64,000 nt of DNA from an uncultured Candidatus Binatia bacterium. Lineage in GTDB: Bacteria > Desulfobacterota > Binatia > Bin18. The notes under the pieces were generated by a model. It was given only the letters and a program-made list of their open reading frames with translations. It was not told the DNA's origin and ran no database searches. Positions 45,671 through 54,927 of the stretch are shown here, in pieces (within the stretch, counting starts at the first letter, position 1; every line of letters starts with the position of its first letter). The stretch spans positions 3,029,875 through 3,093,874 of the forward strand of contig CBDCPK010000005.1 of NCBI GenBank assembly GCA_965220195.1, written 5' to 3'. The position numbers were made by a program, and so were the translations under genes.

Positions 45671-45953
45671 ATATGAATCTCCTGTGGAGATTTTAGTGTG
45701 GCACCACGATAAATGACAAAGATATTTTTGGCAATAGATTTTTTGGCAAAAATTCTGATGTTATCTTTTGGTAAGGAGAAAATACTGCTAGGACAAAGAC
45801 TTAAAATCGCTCGTGAAGCGTAAGCCACCAAACGGCAGGAATGCGTTTGATCGTTCCGTTCAAGGGGAGGCGAGGCTACGAGGAGAGCCGATCAGATTTC
45901 TTTGGGGGGCAAAAACGTATCCACGAAACCACGAGGGGAAGTCACAGAGACGT

Positions 45954-46055
45954 CGCTCAGCGCGATTGCTCTTCACGAAAACGTCTTGTTTCCTCGACTG
46001 CCAGAGCCATCGCGTCGGGAGCGTTCAATCCAGACTGCGCTCGCGCCTTGACGAC
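45954..46055 (-). pseudogene. Truncated duplicate (3' about 100 bp) of the RHH antitoxin gene at 41335-41580
   Basis: About 90 percent identical to 41332-41433. No start codon and no intact ORF. Confidence 0.6.
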
Positions 46056-46152
46056 AAGACTAAGGCAAACTGTCCTCCCGCCTCCAGTTTAACAGAAGTA
46101 GTCTTATCGGACGTAATCTGCCTCAACGTAGTGCGAGACCTACTGTCCGGCA

Positions 46153-46878
46153 CTACAGTACGCCGAGGGGCGGCATGAGGTGAAGCTCGTCGGTATGAAT
46201 ACCGGCGGGCTGGGCAAGGACGCTCAGCATGGCATCTGCCACATCGTCCGGAGACAGCATTTTTGTCCGGTCCAGGTCTCCGCCGCTTTTGTCCCACAGG
46301 GGAGTATCGACAGCGCCGGGAATAACCGCGGTGACTTTTATCCCCTCTGAACGGACTTCAGCCGCCAGGACTTTCGTCAGACCGAGGGCGCCGAATTTGG
46401 AGGCGGTATAGGCGGTTGAGCCGGGTAAGATCATGTGGCTGGCAATGGACAATACGTTGAGGATATGGCCGCTTTTTCGGGGCAGCATGTGTTTGAGGGC
46501 ACTTTTACAGCAGAGATATGTCCCACGCAGATTGACGTTCATGAGCATGTCCCAGTCCTCGGTACGGGACTCCATGATGGGACCAAAGGCTGCGCCACCG
46601 GCGCTCGTCACCAGAATATCAAGCTGTCCGAACTCTTGGACGGCTTGATCCATCAGACTTGCGATTGCTCGCTCGTCGGTGACATCGGTGGGAACCGCGA
46701 CGGCTCGGGCGCCGGCCTGCGCACATTCTTGGGCAACTCCATCCAGCGTGGCCTGGGTCCGGGCAGCGAGCACGACCCGCACGCCGGCCCGAGCGAGGGC
46801 GAGGGCGGTGGCACGGCCTAGGCCGGAACTCGCGCCGGTAACAACGGCAACCTGTCCGTGAAGCTTGGGGGATGACAT
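46153..46878 (-). CDS. SDR-family short-chain dehydrogenase/reductase
   Basis: TGASSGLG cofactor motif and YxxxK catalytic motif. Confidence 0.8.
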   Translation of the reverse strand: MSSPKLHGQVAVVTGASSGLGRATALALARAGVRVVLAARTQATLDGVAQECAQAGARAVAVPTDVTDERAIASLMDQAVQEFGQLDILVTSAGGAAFGPIMESRTEDWDMLMNVNLRGTYLCCKSALKHMLPRKSGHILNVLSIASHMILPGSTAYTASKFGALGLTKVLAAEVRSEGIKVTAVIPGAVDTPLWDKSGGDLDRTKMLSPDDVADAMLSVLAQPAGIHTDELHLMPPLGVL

Positions 46879-46901
46879 GCTGGATTCCTTACGCGGGGCT
46901 C

Positions 46902-47738
46902 TTACGCGTTCTCTCCGTGATATTCAAAGAAATTCTTCGGGGTTTCCCATAAACCAATACGCACCAGGTGTGCGTCCAGACGCGGTTTCAGCAAGTCCCA
47001 AATAACGTGGACAATGTTTTCTCCCGTGGGGTTCAGATTGCGAAATTCCTCTGTGTCTCGATTGAGATGTTTATGGTCAAAACGCTCGATCACTTCTTCT
47101 TGCACAACCTGCATAAGCTCGACCAGGTCAAAAACCATACCGGTCTGCGGATCGATAGAGCCGGTGACGGTCACTTCCAGTTCGTAATTATGGCCATGGC
47201 CATGCAGATTATTACACTTGCCGAAAATCTCTCTGTTCTGCTCGTCGGATAAGTGCGGACTATGGAGACGGTGGGCTGCGCTAAAGCTGAACGATTTTGT
47301 GAGTGCGGCCATAGTCTTTCCCTCTCCGCCCGACACATCGGACCAGAGTGTTGGTTCTTCATACAGGCGAACGCGCAAGAGCTGTGCTGCCATCTGCTCC
47401 GCACGTAACCGGTCTTCAAGATAATCTCGCATATAGGCTGCGAGGTTCTCCGTCGTAGGAATGCGACGGCTAAAGGCCGGATGGTCGAGATTGATGAATT
47501 TATGGTCAAACTGGCTGGTGACCTCTTTGAGCAAGCGGTCAAGTTCCTTGATATTAATCACCATCCCGGTTTGCGGGTCGCTCTCTCCGTGAACGGTCAC
47601 ACGCAAGACGTAATTATGCCCGTGGCCGTACGGACTGACGCATTTACCAAAGGTCCGCCAATTTTTTTCCTCTGAAAAATCGGGATTCCAATAGCGGTGA
47701 GACGCCTCAAATTCAACAAAGCGGGTGAGATGATACAT
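46902..47738 (-). CDS. Tandem 6-pyruvoyl-tetrahydropterin synthase (PTPS/QueD-like) domains
   Basis: Two repeats, each with SAAHRL/EASHRY and GHGHNY(E/V)L motifs. Confidence 0.75.
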   Translation of the reverse strand: MYHLTRFVEFEASHRYWNPDFSEEKNWRTFGKCVSPYGHGHNYVLRVTVHGESDPQTGMVINIKELDRLLKEVTSQFDHKFINLDHPAFSRRIPTTENLAAYMRDYLEDRLRAEQMAAQLLRVRLYEEPTLWSDVSGGEGKTMAALTKSFSFSAAHRLHSPHLSDEQNREIFGKCNNLHGHGHNYELEVTVTGSIDPQTGMVFDLVELMQVVQEEVIERFDHKHLNRDTEEFRNLNPTGENIVHVIWDLLKPRLDAHLVRIGLWETPKNFFEYHGENA

Positions 47739-47868
47739 TGCATCACCAGTAGGGTTACCCCCTGAGGATGCAGTAATGGGTGCAGGGGGTCAAGTAGGAC
47801 AACCGCGGCGTTTGACGCGGCAAAATCCGGCGGAGCGGGTAGTGCGCTCAGAGCGCTCCGGCATGAGG

Positions 47869-49158
47869 CTAGGCTCGACAAGTCAGGAGAGCGATCTCGC
47901 GTGGAGTGAAAAGACGGATGCGCTGGCCCGTGACACCCAAGCCTCGATTTACATACAGAAAACAATTCTTGAGGCTATACTGGCCACGCGGAAAGCGGGT
48001 AATAAAGCGGGCCAAATTGAACTGCTGCGGCTGAAAGGGCAGGGCAAATTGACCGCCATGGGTATGGCCCGACAGGGTGAGATCAATACCAAGACTGGAT
48101 GCCGCCGGAAAAATGTCGGGACGGTGCGACAATAAAATAGTGGGCTCACGGCTCGGAATGCCTGCTCTGAGGTGGGTGAGGGTAGTATCCGCGTCGAGCC
48201 CGCGGGCCCAATCCTTCCCGCGGTCGTCCAGACCGATGAGGTGGAGCGTTGTGTCGGCAATGGCAAGATGGCTGACCTGGTCCTGCAGAAGCGTAATATG
48301 GGTGTAGTCTGCCAGGCCAGCCGCAACCGCCTGCGCTCCCGCATATCGATCATGGTTGCCAAGACAGGCAAAGACGCCGTGCCGGGCGTGGAGCGCGTTC
48401 AGATACGGGAAGAAGTCCGGGATATACGCAGGGTTGGAATCGAGTATATCGCCGGTCAGGAGAATGAGGTCTGGCCGGAGTTCATTGACCCGCTGTACAT
48501 AGGTTTTGAGTTCCTGTGCGGTGAGATTCGTCCCGATATGGAGATCACTGATATGGGCGATTGTGAGGTGAGGGCTTGTGGCCGGCCAATGGGCAAGGGG
48601 GAGTTCGATCTCGGATACGTGGAGTTGGCGCTGCCCTCCAAGGTAGCCATAGATGAAAAGACCGGTAATGAGCATGAGACTCACACCCGCAAAGAGTTGA
48701 AAGCCCAGTGTCAGCACGGGCTGAACCGACAGGTGGAGTTCTGTAAAGGGGAGGAAGAAGCCGCATATGGCGACGAGGAAAGAGAGGAGTGCCCATGCCA
48801 CGCCACATAATACGAGAAAAACGAAGCAAAAGGCGGCGATAAAAGCCGAGGCAAAATAAATCCGGAGAGGCAAACCGAGGACTGTGGGCAGGGTGGGCAG
48901 GCGCCGAGAGAAGCGAAGGAGAAAGAGATTCAGACAAAAAAGGATCGGTGTGAGAGTCAGGGCGGTGGCTGCGGAAGGTGCAGAGTGAAGCGGAAAAAAG
49001 ACGCTCAAAAACCAAACCGGTACAATCCATTGAGACAAGCTGATCGTGATTAAAAGGAGTATGAAGAAGTTCGCAAAGAAAACGCTCGAAATCCAATGGA
49101 AAGCTCTCGACGCGAGTTGGTATGGTGGGGTTTTCGTCTGAGCAGTTGGCACAGTCAT
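47869..49158 (-). CDS. Membrane-anchored metallophosphoesterase
   Basis: About 200 aa of TM helices, then DLHIG...GDILD...GNHD...GHTHGGQ calcineurin-like motifs. Confidence 0.7.
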   Translation of the reverse strand: MTVPTAQTKTPPYQLASRAFHWISSVFFANFFILLLITISLSQWIVPVWFLSVFFPLHSAPSAATALTLTPILFCLNLFLLRFSRRLPTLPTVLGLPLRIYFASAFIAAFCFVFLVLCGVAWALLSFLVAICGFFLPFTELHLSVQPVLTLGFQLFAGVSLMLITGLFIYGYLGGQRQLHVSEIELPLAHWPATSPHLTIAHISDLHIGTNLTAQELKTYVQRVNELRPDLILLTGDILDSNPAYIPDFFPYLNALHARHGVFACLGNHDRYAGAQAVAAGLADYTHITLLQDQVSHLAIADTTLHLIGLDDRGKDWARGLDADTTLTHLRAGIPSREPTILLSHRPDIFPAASSLGIDLTLSGHTHGGQFALPFQPQQFNLARFITRFPRGQYSLKNCFLYVNRGLGVTGQRIRLFTPREIALLTCRA

Positions 49159-49256
49159 ACTCCGTCGGATTTGGGAGACTGAAATGCAATACCCGAAGCT
49201 AGAGGGGAGTGGAGCTAAAGTAAAGACGGGCTGGCCCGGCGGAGTTGGTCGTCTGA

Positions 49257-50009
49257 TTAGGCAATAGGGTCGGCCAAGGCCTGCAAGATGCGCATCAGAC
49301 GTTGGATCTCCTCAGGTTTGATATCTTCAGGCAACTCAACGACTGCCCGACGCCCCGTGCCGAGTGGGATCTCCTGTCTACACAGGGAAACGTCGGCCAT
49401 CGCCTGAAAAGGGGGAGGGGGTGGCTGAGAGGGGAGGGGAGGGGAAAGAGTCAATGCCTCTTCCTGGGGCGTACGAGTGGATTGAGGCGGGAGAGGTGAG
49501 GGAGCTGTTTGAGGACGAAGAAGACCCAGGCCGGCGAAACGTGATGAATCCAAGAATGCACGAGAAACGACTTCCGCGTTCTTTTTGGTAAATCTATGTT
49601 TTATTATAAGCTGGTTTGTCAGATTGATATCCGAAGGCAGGCCAGTCTGCTCATACTGGGACAGCAGTCGTTGAAAGACCGTCGGTCGGCCGAGAGCTTC
49701 ACGTAAGGCCCGACAACGTTCTGTCTCGCCCGTGGCATGCTCTATTCTGATGAAAAGATCGCTGACCCGGAGATCTTTACCAATGGCTTCGAGGAGGCCG
49801 TACTGGCGTAAGCTGCTGAGTTTTCTGTTAAAAGGTCCAGATTGAGGGGCAAGCGCAATGTGTTCCGCAATGGATTCCCGACTTGTTGCGACCTGATTTT
49901 CAATACGAAATACCTTCCGCGTATCCTCAAGGCACTCTTGGAGGCTATATGAAGGAGCATTCGGACTTTTCGCCCGAGTGGTTTTCGCCCCAAGTGGCAG
50001 ACTCTCCAT
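49257..50009 (-). CDS. Hypothetical protein with Pro-rich linker
   Basis: 250-aa ORF with no diagnostic motif. Confidence 0.35.
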   Translation of the reverse strand: MESLPLGAKTTRAKSPNAPSYSLQECLEDTRKVFRIENQVATSRESIAEHIALAPQSGPFNRKLSSLRQYGLLEAIGKDLRVSDLFIRIEHATGETERCRALREALGRPTVFQRLLSQYEQTGLPSDINLTNQLIIKHRFTKKNAEVVSRAFLDSSRFAGLGLLRPQTAPSPLPPQSTRTPQEEALTLSPPLPSQPPPPPFQAMADVSLCRQEIPLGTGRRAVVELPEDIKPEEIQRLMRILQALADPIA

Positions 50010-50039
50010 CCTTTACCTCCTACGAAATAGTTATCCACA

Positions 50040-50400
50040 GGAAACGGAAGATGTGGATACAGTAATATATTATCCGCTAAGTAATATTCAACTATAAATA
50101 GTAAGTAAATATTACTAAATAGGGTGCGACAATTCAATGTCCAATCCCCGAATAATGAGGGTAAACGGTCAAAGAGATTCCGTGCCTGAGCGATATACCT
50201 GGTATTGCCGGATTCGACTGGGCGGGCAGGCTAGCATTGAACAAAAGAGCACATAATAAATCAGTAATTATTTCTTCTAATAAGATATTCAAGCTCATCA
50301 TATTTGAATATAATAGCTAAAAATTATTAAAGTAAATAAATTACTCTTCTTCAATGATATAAATTTTATAAATATCTAATTATTACTAATTAAATCAGGC
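50040..50400. promoter_or_regulatory. AT-rich divergent promoter region with repeated AGTAAT/ATTACT motifs
   Basis: About 360 bp of very low G+C. Motifs include AGTAAATATTACT, AGTAAATAAATTACT, CAGTAATATATTA, AAGTAATATTCAA, CAGTAATTATTTC and ATTATTACTAATT. Confidence 0.4.
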
Positions 50401-50487
50401 GACGAGTTGAAAACGTCAAAGCTATGCAGCGGACAATTGTTTCTTGACCCTCTGGACGAGAGTTTCTATGCTTCAGGCGGGGGTAAT

Positions 50488-51207
50488 ATGTCGAACCAAA
50501 GTCTCAGCAAGGGCGTGAAAAAGAAGCGGCCGCCCAAGCCGGCGGAACGTTCTGGTGGAAAGATTTCCATTATTCTCGTGGATGATCACCCGATTTTTCT
50601 GTCCGGCCTTCAGCAGTTGTTTCGAAAACAGCCTGACTTTGAACTCCTTGGCGTAGCCGAGAGTGTCGCAGATCTTGAGAATCTCCTCGAAAAGGCAAAG
50701 CCTCAGGTCATTCTTATGGATTTCGAGCTGCCCGAGGGAGATGGGATTAGTGCGACCGCTTTTGTTCGCAAGCAGTCACCGGAAACGAAGGTTGTGATGC
50801 TCACCGGCTATGACAATCCGCCGCTTATCTTTCGTGCCCTGAAGGTTGGGGCAGTCGGATACCTGCTCAAGAATACCCGCTCTAAGGAGATTCTTGAAAC
50901 ACTCCGAAAAGTCGCGGACGGAGAAGTGTTTTTGAATCCTGACCTGGCCCGTAAGTTCTTGCACGAGTTTCAGCGCGATCAAGAGGTCGAAGAGCTGAGA
51001 CGCTTGGTCCAAACACTCACGAATCGAGAGGAAGAAGTGTTACGCCTGGTAGCAACCGGCGCCTCGAATAAAGAAATCAGTCAGCAACTCTTTATCAGTG
51101 AACTCACGGTCAAGATGCATCTTGCGAGTATTTTCCGAAAGTTGCAGGTGAATGACCGGACGAAAGCGGCGGTGCTGGCGCTGAAAGCCGGTTTGGGGGA
51201 CGAATGA
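50488..51207 (+). CDS. NarL/FixJ-family response regulator (REC plus LuxR-type HTH)
   Basis: REC domain with ILVDDHP and a conserved Asp. C-terminal LTNREEEVLRLVATGASNKEIS LuxR HTH. Confidence 0.8.
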   Translation: MSNQSLSKGVKKKRPPKPAERSGGKISIILVDDHPIFLSGLQQLFRKQPDFELLGVAESVADLENLLEKAKPQVILMDFELPEGDGISATAFVRKQSPETKVVMLTGYDNPPLIFRALKVGAVGYLLKNTRSKEILETLRKVADGEVFLNPDLARKFLHEFQRDQEVEELRRLVQTLTNREEEVLRLVATGASNKEISQQLFISELTVKMHLASIFRKLQVNDRTKAAVLALKAGLGDE

Positions 51208-52658
51208 CGCAGCTGGCCCCGGTGATGCTGTACACGCTCTGTCTGGTGTTGTGTATACCAAGAGGGGCAGGGGCCGAAACGGCGGAGACGCGTGTGCAGG
51301 AGCTCCTGGCCGAGTGTCAATCTGCATATCACCGCCTCGTCGATTATCGCGGTATATTACGGCACGAGATATGGGAAAAAGGGGGCGTCCACAGGCAGCA
51401 TGAAATTGCGGTCACCTTTCGCAAGCCCTCTTCTCTGCTCATGCAGTGGCAATCGGGCTTATACCGCGGAACAACCCTGCTCACCAGGCCAACCCGGGCT
51501 CTGGGAACAATTTTCATCAGACTCGGTGGCTGGTTCGATTACGTCCGGGTCAATATTCCGTCCACGGAAATCAGCGACCCTTTTGCCCCAGCCCTCAAAG
51601 ATGTGAACGCGTGGCTATATGCGCTGAGAGCTCTCTCCCAAAGGCCCAGCGCCGACCGTAGCCTCCAACTCGTCGCTCTTCAGCCGGGAGACCCACAATT
51701 GGCCGAAGGGCGGGTGATTCTGTCAGTGCCGGCTTTCCTCATTCCATTTCGTGACAACACGGTGACTACGTATGAGTTCGTGATCGAGCGGGGAACCGGC
51801 CTGCCGCTCGAACTCATACTGCGAGGGGCATCCGGAGAAGTCCGCCAACGCTTGTCGTATACTGATCTCCAGATCAATACCGGGATTTTACAACAAGTCT
51901 TTGAGCGCGAATCTCCTGCATCCGGGGACCCGAGCCTGTTTCGACCTGGGACCGACCTGGATGTCCGCGGATTTGCCCAAAATTGGCTGCGCCGTGCAGG
52001 TGAAATACAAGACTATACCGGGGTATGGGTGACTGAAGCGCGTCGTGGAGGTCAATTGAGCCGACGGACGGCGAGCTTCAAGTTTCGGAAACCGTTCGAT
52101 GTGTATATCGCGTGGGAACAGGAGAGTGGCCGACTCAAGGAAGCCCTCTTTCGGACGGGGTGGAATAGAGAACGGGTCCGGGTCCGAACCTCGTTGTTCG
52201 GTATCCCGATCATTGGTGACCTCGTACCGGACGGCTCATGGATGCGAAGAGAATTGCACTCTTCTCTCACAGAGTTTGGGTTTGGTCAGGTTGTCGAACG
52301 GCTACAGAGGCAACTCTTACAAGGATGGCTCCAGAGCGAGTTGGAAGTGCAATTCCGTGGTATTCAGGAACACGATGGCCGGCCCTGCTACGTCTTGGAG
52401 TTTGTCTTCCCGAATAGTCAATGGCGCACCCATCCGTATTATCGTATCGTGCTGCACTGGGACATTGTCTATCGTGTGCCGGTCAAACAAGAAGCCTACG
52501 ATTGGAACAATCAGTTGGATACACGCTACGGGTTTCAGGATCTCCGTTTCAACGTCTCTCTGAATGAATATGACTTTAACTCCGCAAACCTGGAATACGG
52601 TTTTCTCTTATTCCGGCGGGTCCCGTGGCTTGATTGGTTTCTGACGGGACGGGAGTGA
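51204..52658 (+). CDS. Secreted hypothetical protein with internally duplicated domain
   Basis: Signal peptide. Two related about 150-aa halves. ATGA overlap with the regulator gene. Confidence 0.45.
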   Translation: MTQLAPVMLYTLCLVLCIPRGAGAETAETRVQELLAECQSAYHRLVDYRGILRHEIWEKGGVHRQHEIAVTFRKPSSLLMQWQSGLYRGTTLLTRPTRALGTIFIRLGGWFDYVRVNIPSTEISDPFAPALKDVNAWLYALRALSQRPSADRSLQLVALQPGDPQLAEGRVILSVPAFLIPFRDNTVTTYEFVIERGTGLPLELILRGASGEVRQRLSYTDLQINTGILQQVFERESPASGDPSLFRPGTDLDVRGFAQNWLRRAGEIQDYTGVWVTEARRGGQLSRRTASFKFRKPFDVYIAWEQESGRLKEALFRTGWNRERVRVRTSLFGIPIIGDLVPDGSWMRRELHSSLTEFGFGQVVERLQRQLLQGWLQSELEVQFRGIQEHDGRPCYVLEFVFPNSQWRTHPYYRIVLHWDIVYRVPVKQEAYDWNNQLDTRYGFQDLRFNVSLNEYDFNSANLEYGFLLFRRVPWLDWFLTGRE

Positions 52659-54163
52659 TGGGCGACGAGAGGGGACTCAGCACTCTTCAAGCTGGAACCG
52701 CTGGAGGTCTGCTGGGTCTCCTGTTGGCGGTGAGTGGTTTCGCCGCGTTTAACCTTGGCTATCTTGATCTCTATCAGGCGTTCGTGCCCCTGCTGTGTGT
52801 AGGAGTATTGTTGCGGGTTGAGGTGGGACAGGACTGGTTCCTGTCACTCTTACTCTTTGCGGTGACGAGTTCCTTGCTGTACACGGTTGGGCTGTTTGCC
52901 TTACCCTTACTCCTCGGATCAATACTCCTCAGTCTCCCTTTCGCCTTTGTGGTGAGATGGTGGGGCATGGATGCCGTGCCACAAACCGTACGCGAGGACG
53001 CCTACCCAGTCCGACGGATTCTTGAATTGTGCGCGCTGCTGCAAATAGCGCTCTTTTGCCGTTATATTATCTATCGTTCAAGCGGTGGCCGCATTCCTAT
53101 TCACATTGGAGAATTTGAAGAACTGGCACGATTCATACTGAGTGAAGCCGGCGGCTGGGCTGTTTTTGCCTTGGGCTATGGATTACAGCACCGGGCGCGG
53201 TATGGGACATTGTATACGTCTGGGCTCGATTTTGCGGGCAATTTCCCGACGTTAATGATTACGGGGTTGCTGCTGGTTACGCCGTATAGTGCGATCATGA
53301 TCCTTGGGGTCAATACTTTTGGGGGGGCGGGGCTCTACTTGAGCGCCATTCCAGTTGGGGCCGCCCATGTACTTATGCGAACACTCACGCTCCGCAAAAA
53401 AGAAATTGAGCGTCAAAATACGCAGTTGCAGTTGATGAATGTAGACATGGCCAGAAGCGAACGCATGGCGGCAATCGGACATATGTCGTCTACTATCTCG
53501 CATCAACTCCTCCAAAAAATCGGCCTCCTGGGTCTCCAGTGCGACCTGTTGCGCGACACGCTAGACGAGACGCAGCCGCCCAGCCACGAGAGGTTGGACG
53601 AGGCATCCCAACGGGTCGAACAACTCGACGCGGCCATTACGGACTTGAACACCACCCTGTCTGATCTGCTGGTCTTTTCCCGTGACTTTGCCGTCCATCG
53701 TGAGCCTGGGTTATTGAGCAAACTCCTGCAAGAGGCGGGGCGAGAAATTCACGAGGCCGCTCGAACACGCGGGGTGACCCTCCGCTATGAGCTGGAAATG
53801 CCGGGTGAAGGACCGCTCGTGCCCTTTGATCGTATCAAGCTCAAGCAGGCCATTTTGAATCTGTTGACGAACGCGCTGGAAGCCTCATCTGACGATGGGC
53901 AGATTACAATTGGTGCGCGACAGGTACACGATCAGATGCGGGTCACAATCCGAGATACGGGTACTGGTATTCCGGAAGGCGTGGGCGAACAGCTCTTTGC
54001 CCCCTTTGTCTCCACCAAGAAAACCGGCTCCGGCCTGGGCCTCGCCTTTACGCAAAAGATCATCGAACTTCATAATGGGACGATCACGGCACACAATAAT
54101 CGAGAGGGAGGGGCGACCTTTACCTTTGCCATTCCACTCACTGTGCCGGAACACAAAGGATAG
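52634..54163 (+). CDS. Membrane sensor histidine kinase
   Basis: Multiple TM segments. H-box HMSSTISHQL. N, G1 and G2 boxes (DTGTGIPEG...GSGLGLAF). An alternative start at 52658 overlaps the upstream stop. Confidence 0.8.
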   Translation: MVSDGTGVMGDERGLSTLQAGTAGGLLGLLLAVSGFAAFNLGYLDLYQAFVPLLCVGVLLRVEVGQDWFLSLLLFAVTSSLLYTVGLFALPLLLGSILLSLPFAFVVRWWGMDAVPQTVREDAYPVRRILELCALLQIALFCRYIIYRSSGGRIPIHIGEFEELARFILSEAGGWAVFALGYGLQHRARYGTLYTSGLDFAGNFPTLMITGLLLVTPYSAIMILGVNTFGGAGLYLSAIPVGAAHVLMRTLTLRKKEIERQNTQLQLMNVDMARSERMAAIGHMSSTISHQLLQKIGLLGLQCDLLRDTLDETQPPSHERLDEASQRVEQLDAAITDLNTTLSDLLVFSRDFAVHREPGLLSKLLQEAGREIHEAARTRGVTLRYELEMPGEGPLVPFDRIKLKQAILNLLTNALEASSDDGQITIGARQVHDQMRVTIRDTGTGIPEGVGEQLFAPFVSTKKTGSGLGLAFTQKIIELHNGTITAHNNREGGATFTFAIPLTVPEHKG

Positions 54164-54171
54164 CGAAGCGC

Positions 54172-54927
54172 ATGCAGTTACGGAATGCACTCGCACTGGT
54201 GACGGGCGCGGGCCGCCGCCTGGGACGAGAAATTGCTGTGGCTTTGTCTCAAGGAGGGGCCGATGTGGTCCTGCACACCTATACGTCATCAGGAGAGGAG
54301 ACACAGCAGGCGGTGCAACAATATGGTCGCCGCGCCTGGGTTATACGTGGCGATTTGGCAGACCGCCGCGACATCCAACGAGTAGCCCGTGAAGCCCTGG
54401 AAAAAACAGGAAAAATCGACATTCTCATCAATAATGCCGCTGTTTTCTTTCCTACTCCCATCGCCACCCTGACTGCGCAGGAGTGGCGCGCCTTCCGTCA
54501 GACGAATATATCGGCGCCCTTTTTCCTCTCCTTGCTCATCGGAAGACAAATGTATCAACACAGGCGCGGAAAAATCGTTTTTCTTGGCGATTGGAGCGGC
54601 CAGCGACCAAGTCGAAATTTTCTTCCCTACTGCGTGTCTAAGGCAGGGGTATCTGCACTGACGCAAGCGCTCGCAAAGGCATTTGCTCCACATGTTCAGG
54701 TCAACGAGGTCGCTCCTGGACCGGTCTTACTCCCGGCGGACTATGGCCCAGGCCGGCAAGAAGAGCTGCGTACCCGTACACCGCTGCAACGCTTCGGGAG
54801 CCCGCACGACATTGCGCGCACGGTCCGCTTTCTTCTGGAATCGGGGGATTTTGTGACCGGTGCCAGTTACGTGGTTGACGGCGGTTGGCTGGCTCAGGGG
54901 CCTGATGGCACCGAGACCTCACTATAA
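54172..54927 (+). CDS. SDR-family oxidoreductase (pteridine reductase-like)
   Basis: TGAGRRLG and YxxxK motifs. Confidence 0.7.
   Translation: MQLRNALALVTGAGRRLGREIAVALSQGGADVVLHTYTSSGEETQQAVQQYGRRAWVIRGDLADRRDIQRVAREALEKTGKIDILINNAAVFFPTPIATLTAQEWRAFRQTNISAPFFLSLLIGRQMYQHRRGKIVFLGDWSGQRPSRNFLPYCVSKAGVSALTQALAKAFAPHVQVNEVAPGPVLLPADYGPGRQEELRTRTPLQRFGSPHDIARTVRFLLESGDFVTGASYVVDGGWLAQGPDGTETSL

Noticed and set aside
45671-45760. Sigma-54 promoter (TGGCAC) upstream of the ATPase operon
   Set aside because: TGGCAC is present, but the downstream -12 TTGC element at the correct spacing is absent. A sigma70-like TTGCCA-17-TATCGT arrangement on the coding strand is more plausible.
47739-47870. preQ1 or THF riboswitch in the leader of the PTPS/QueD-like gene
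   Set aside because: The leader lacks the conserved preQ1-I/II core sequences, and no convincing aptamer fold was seen.
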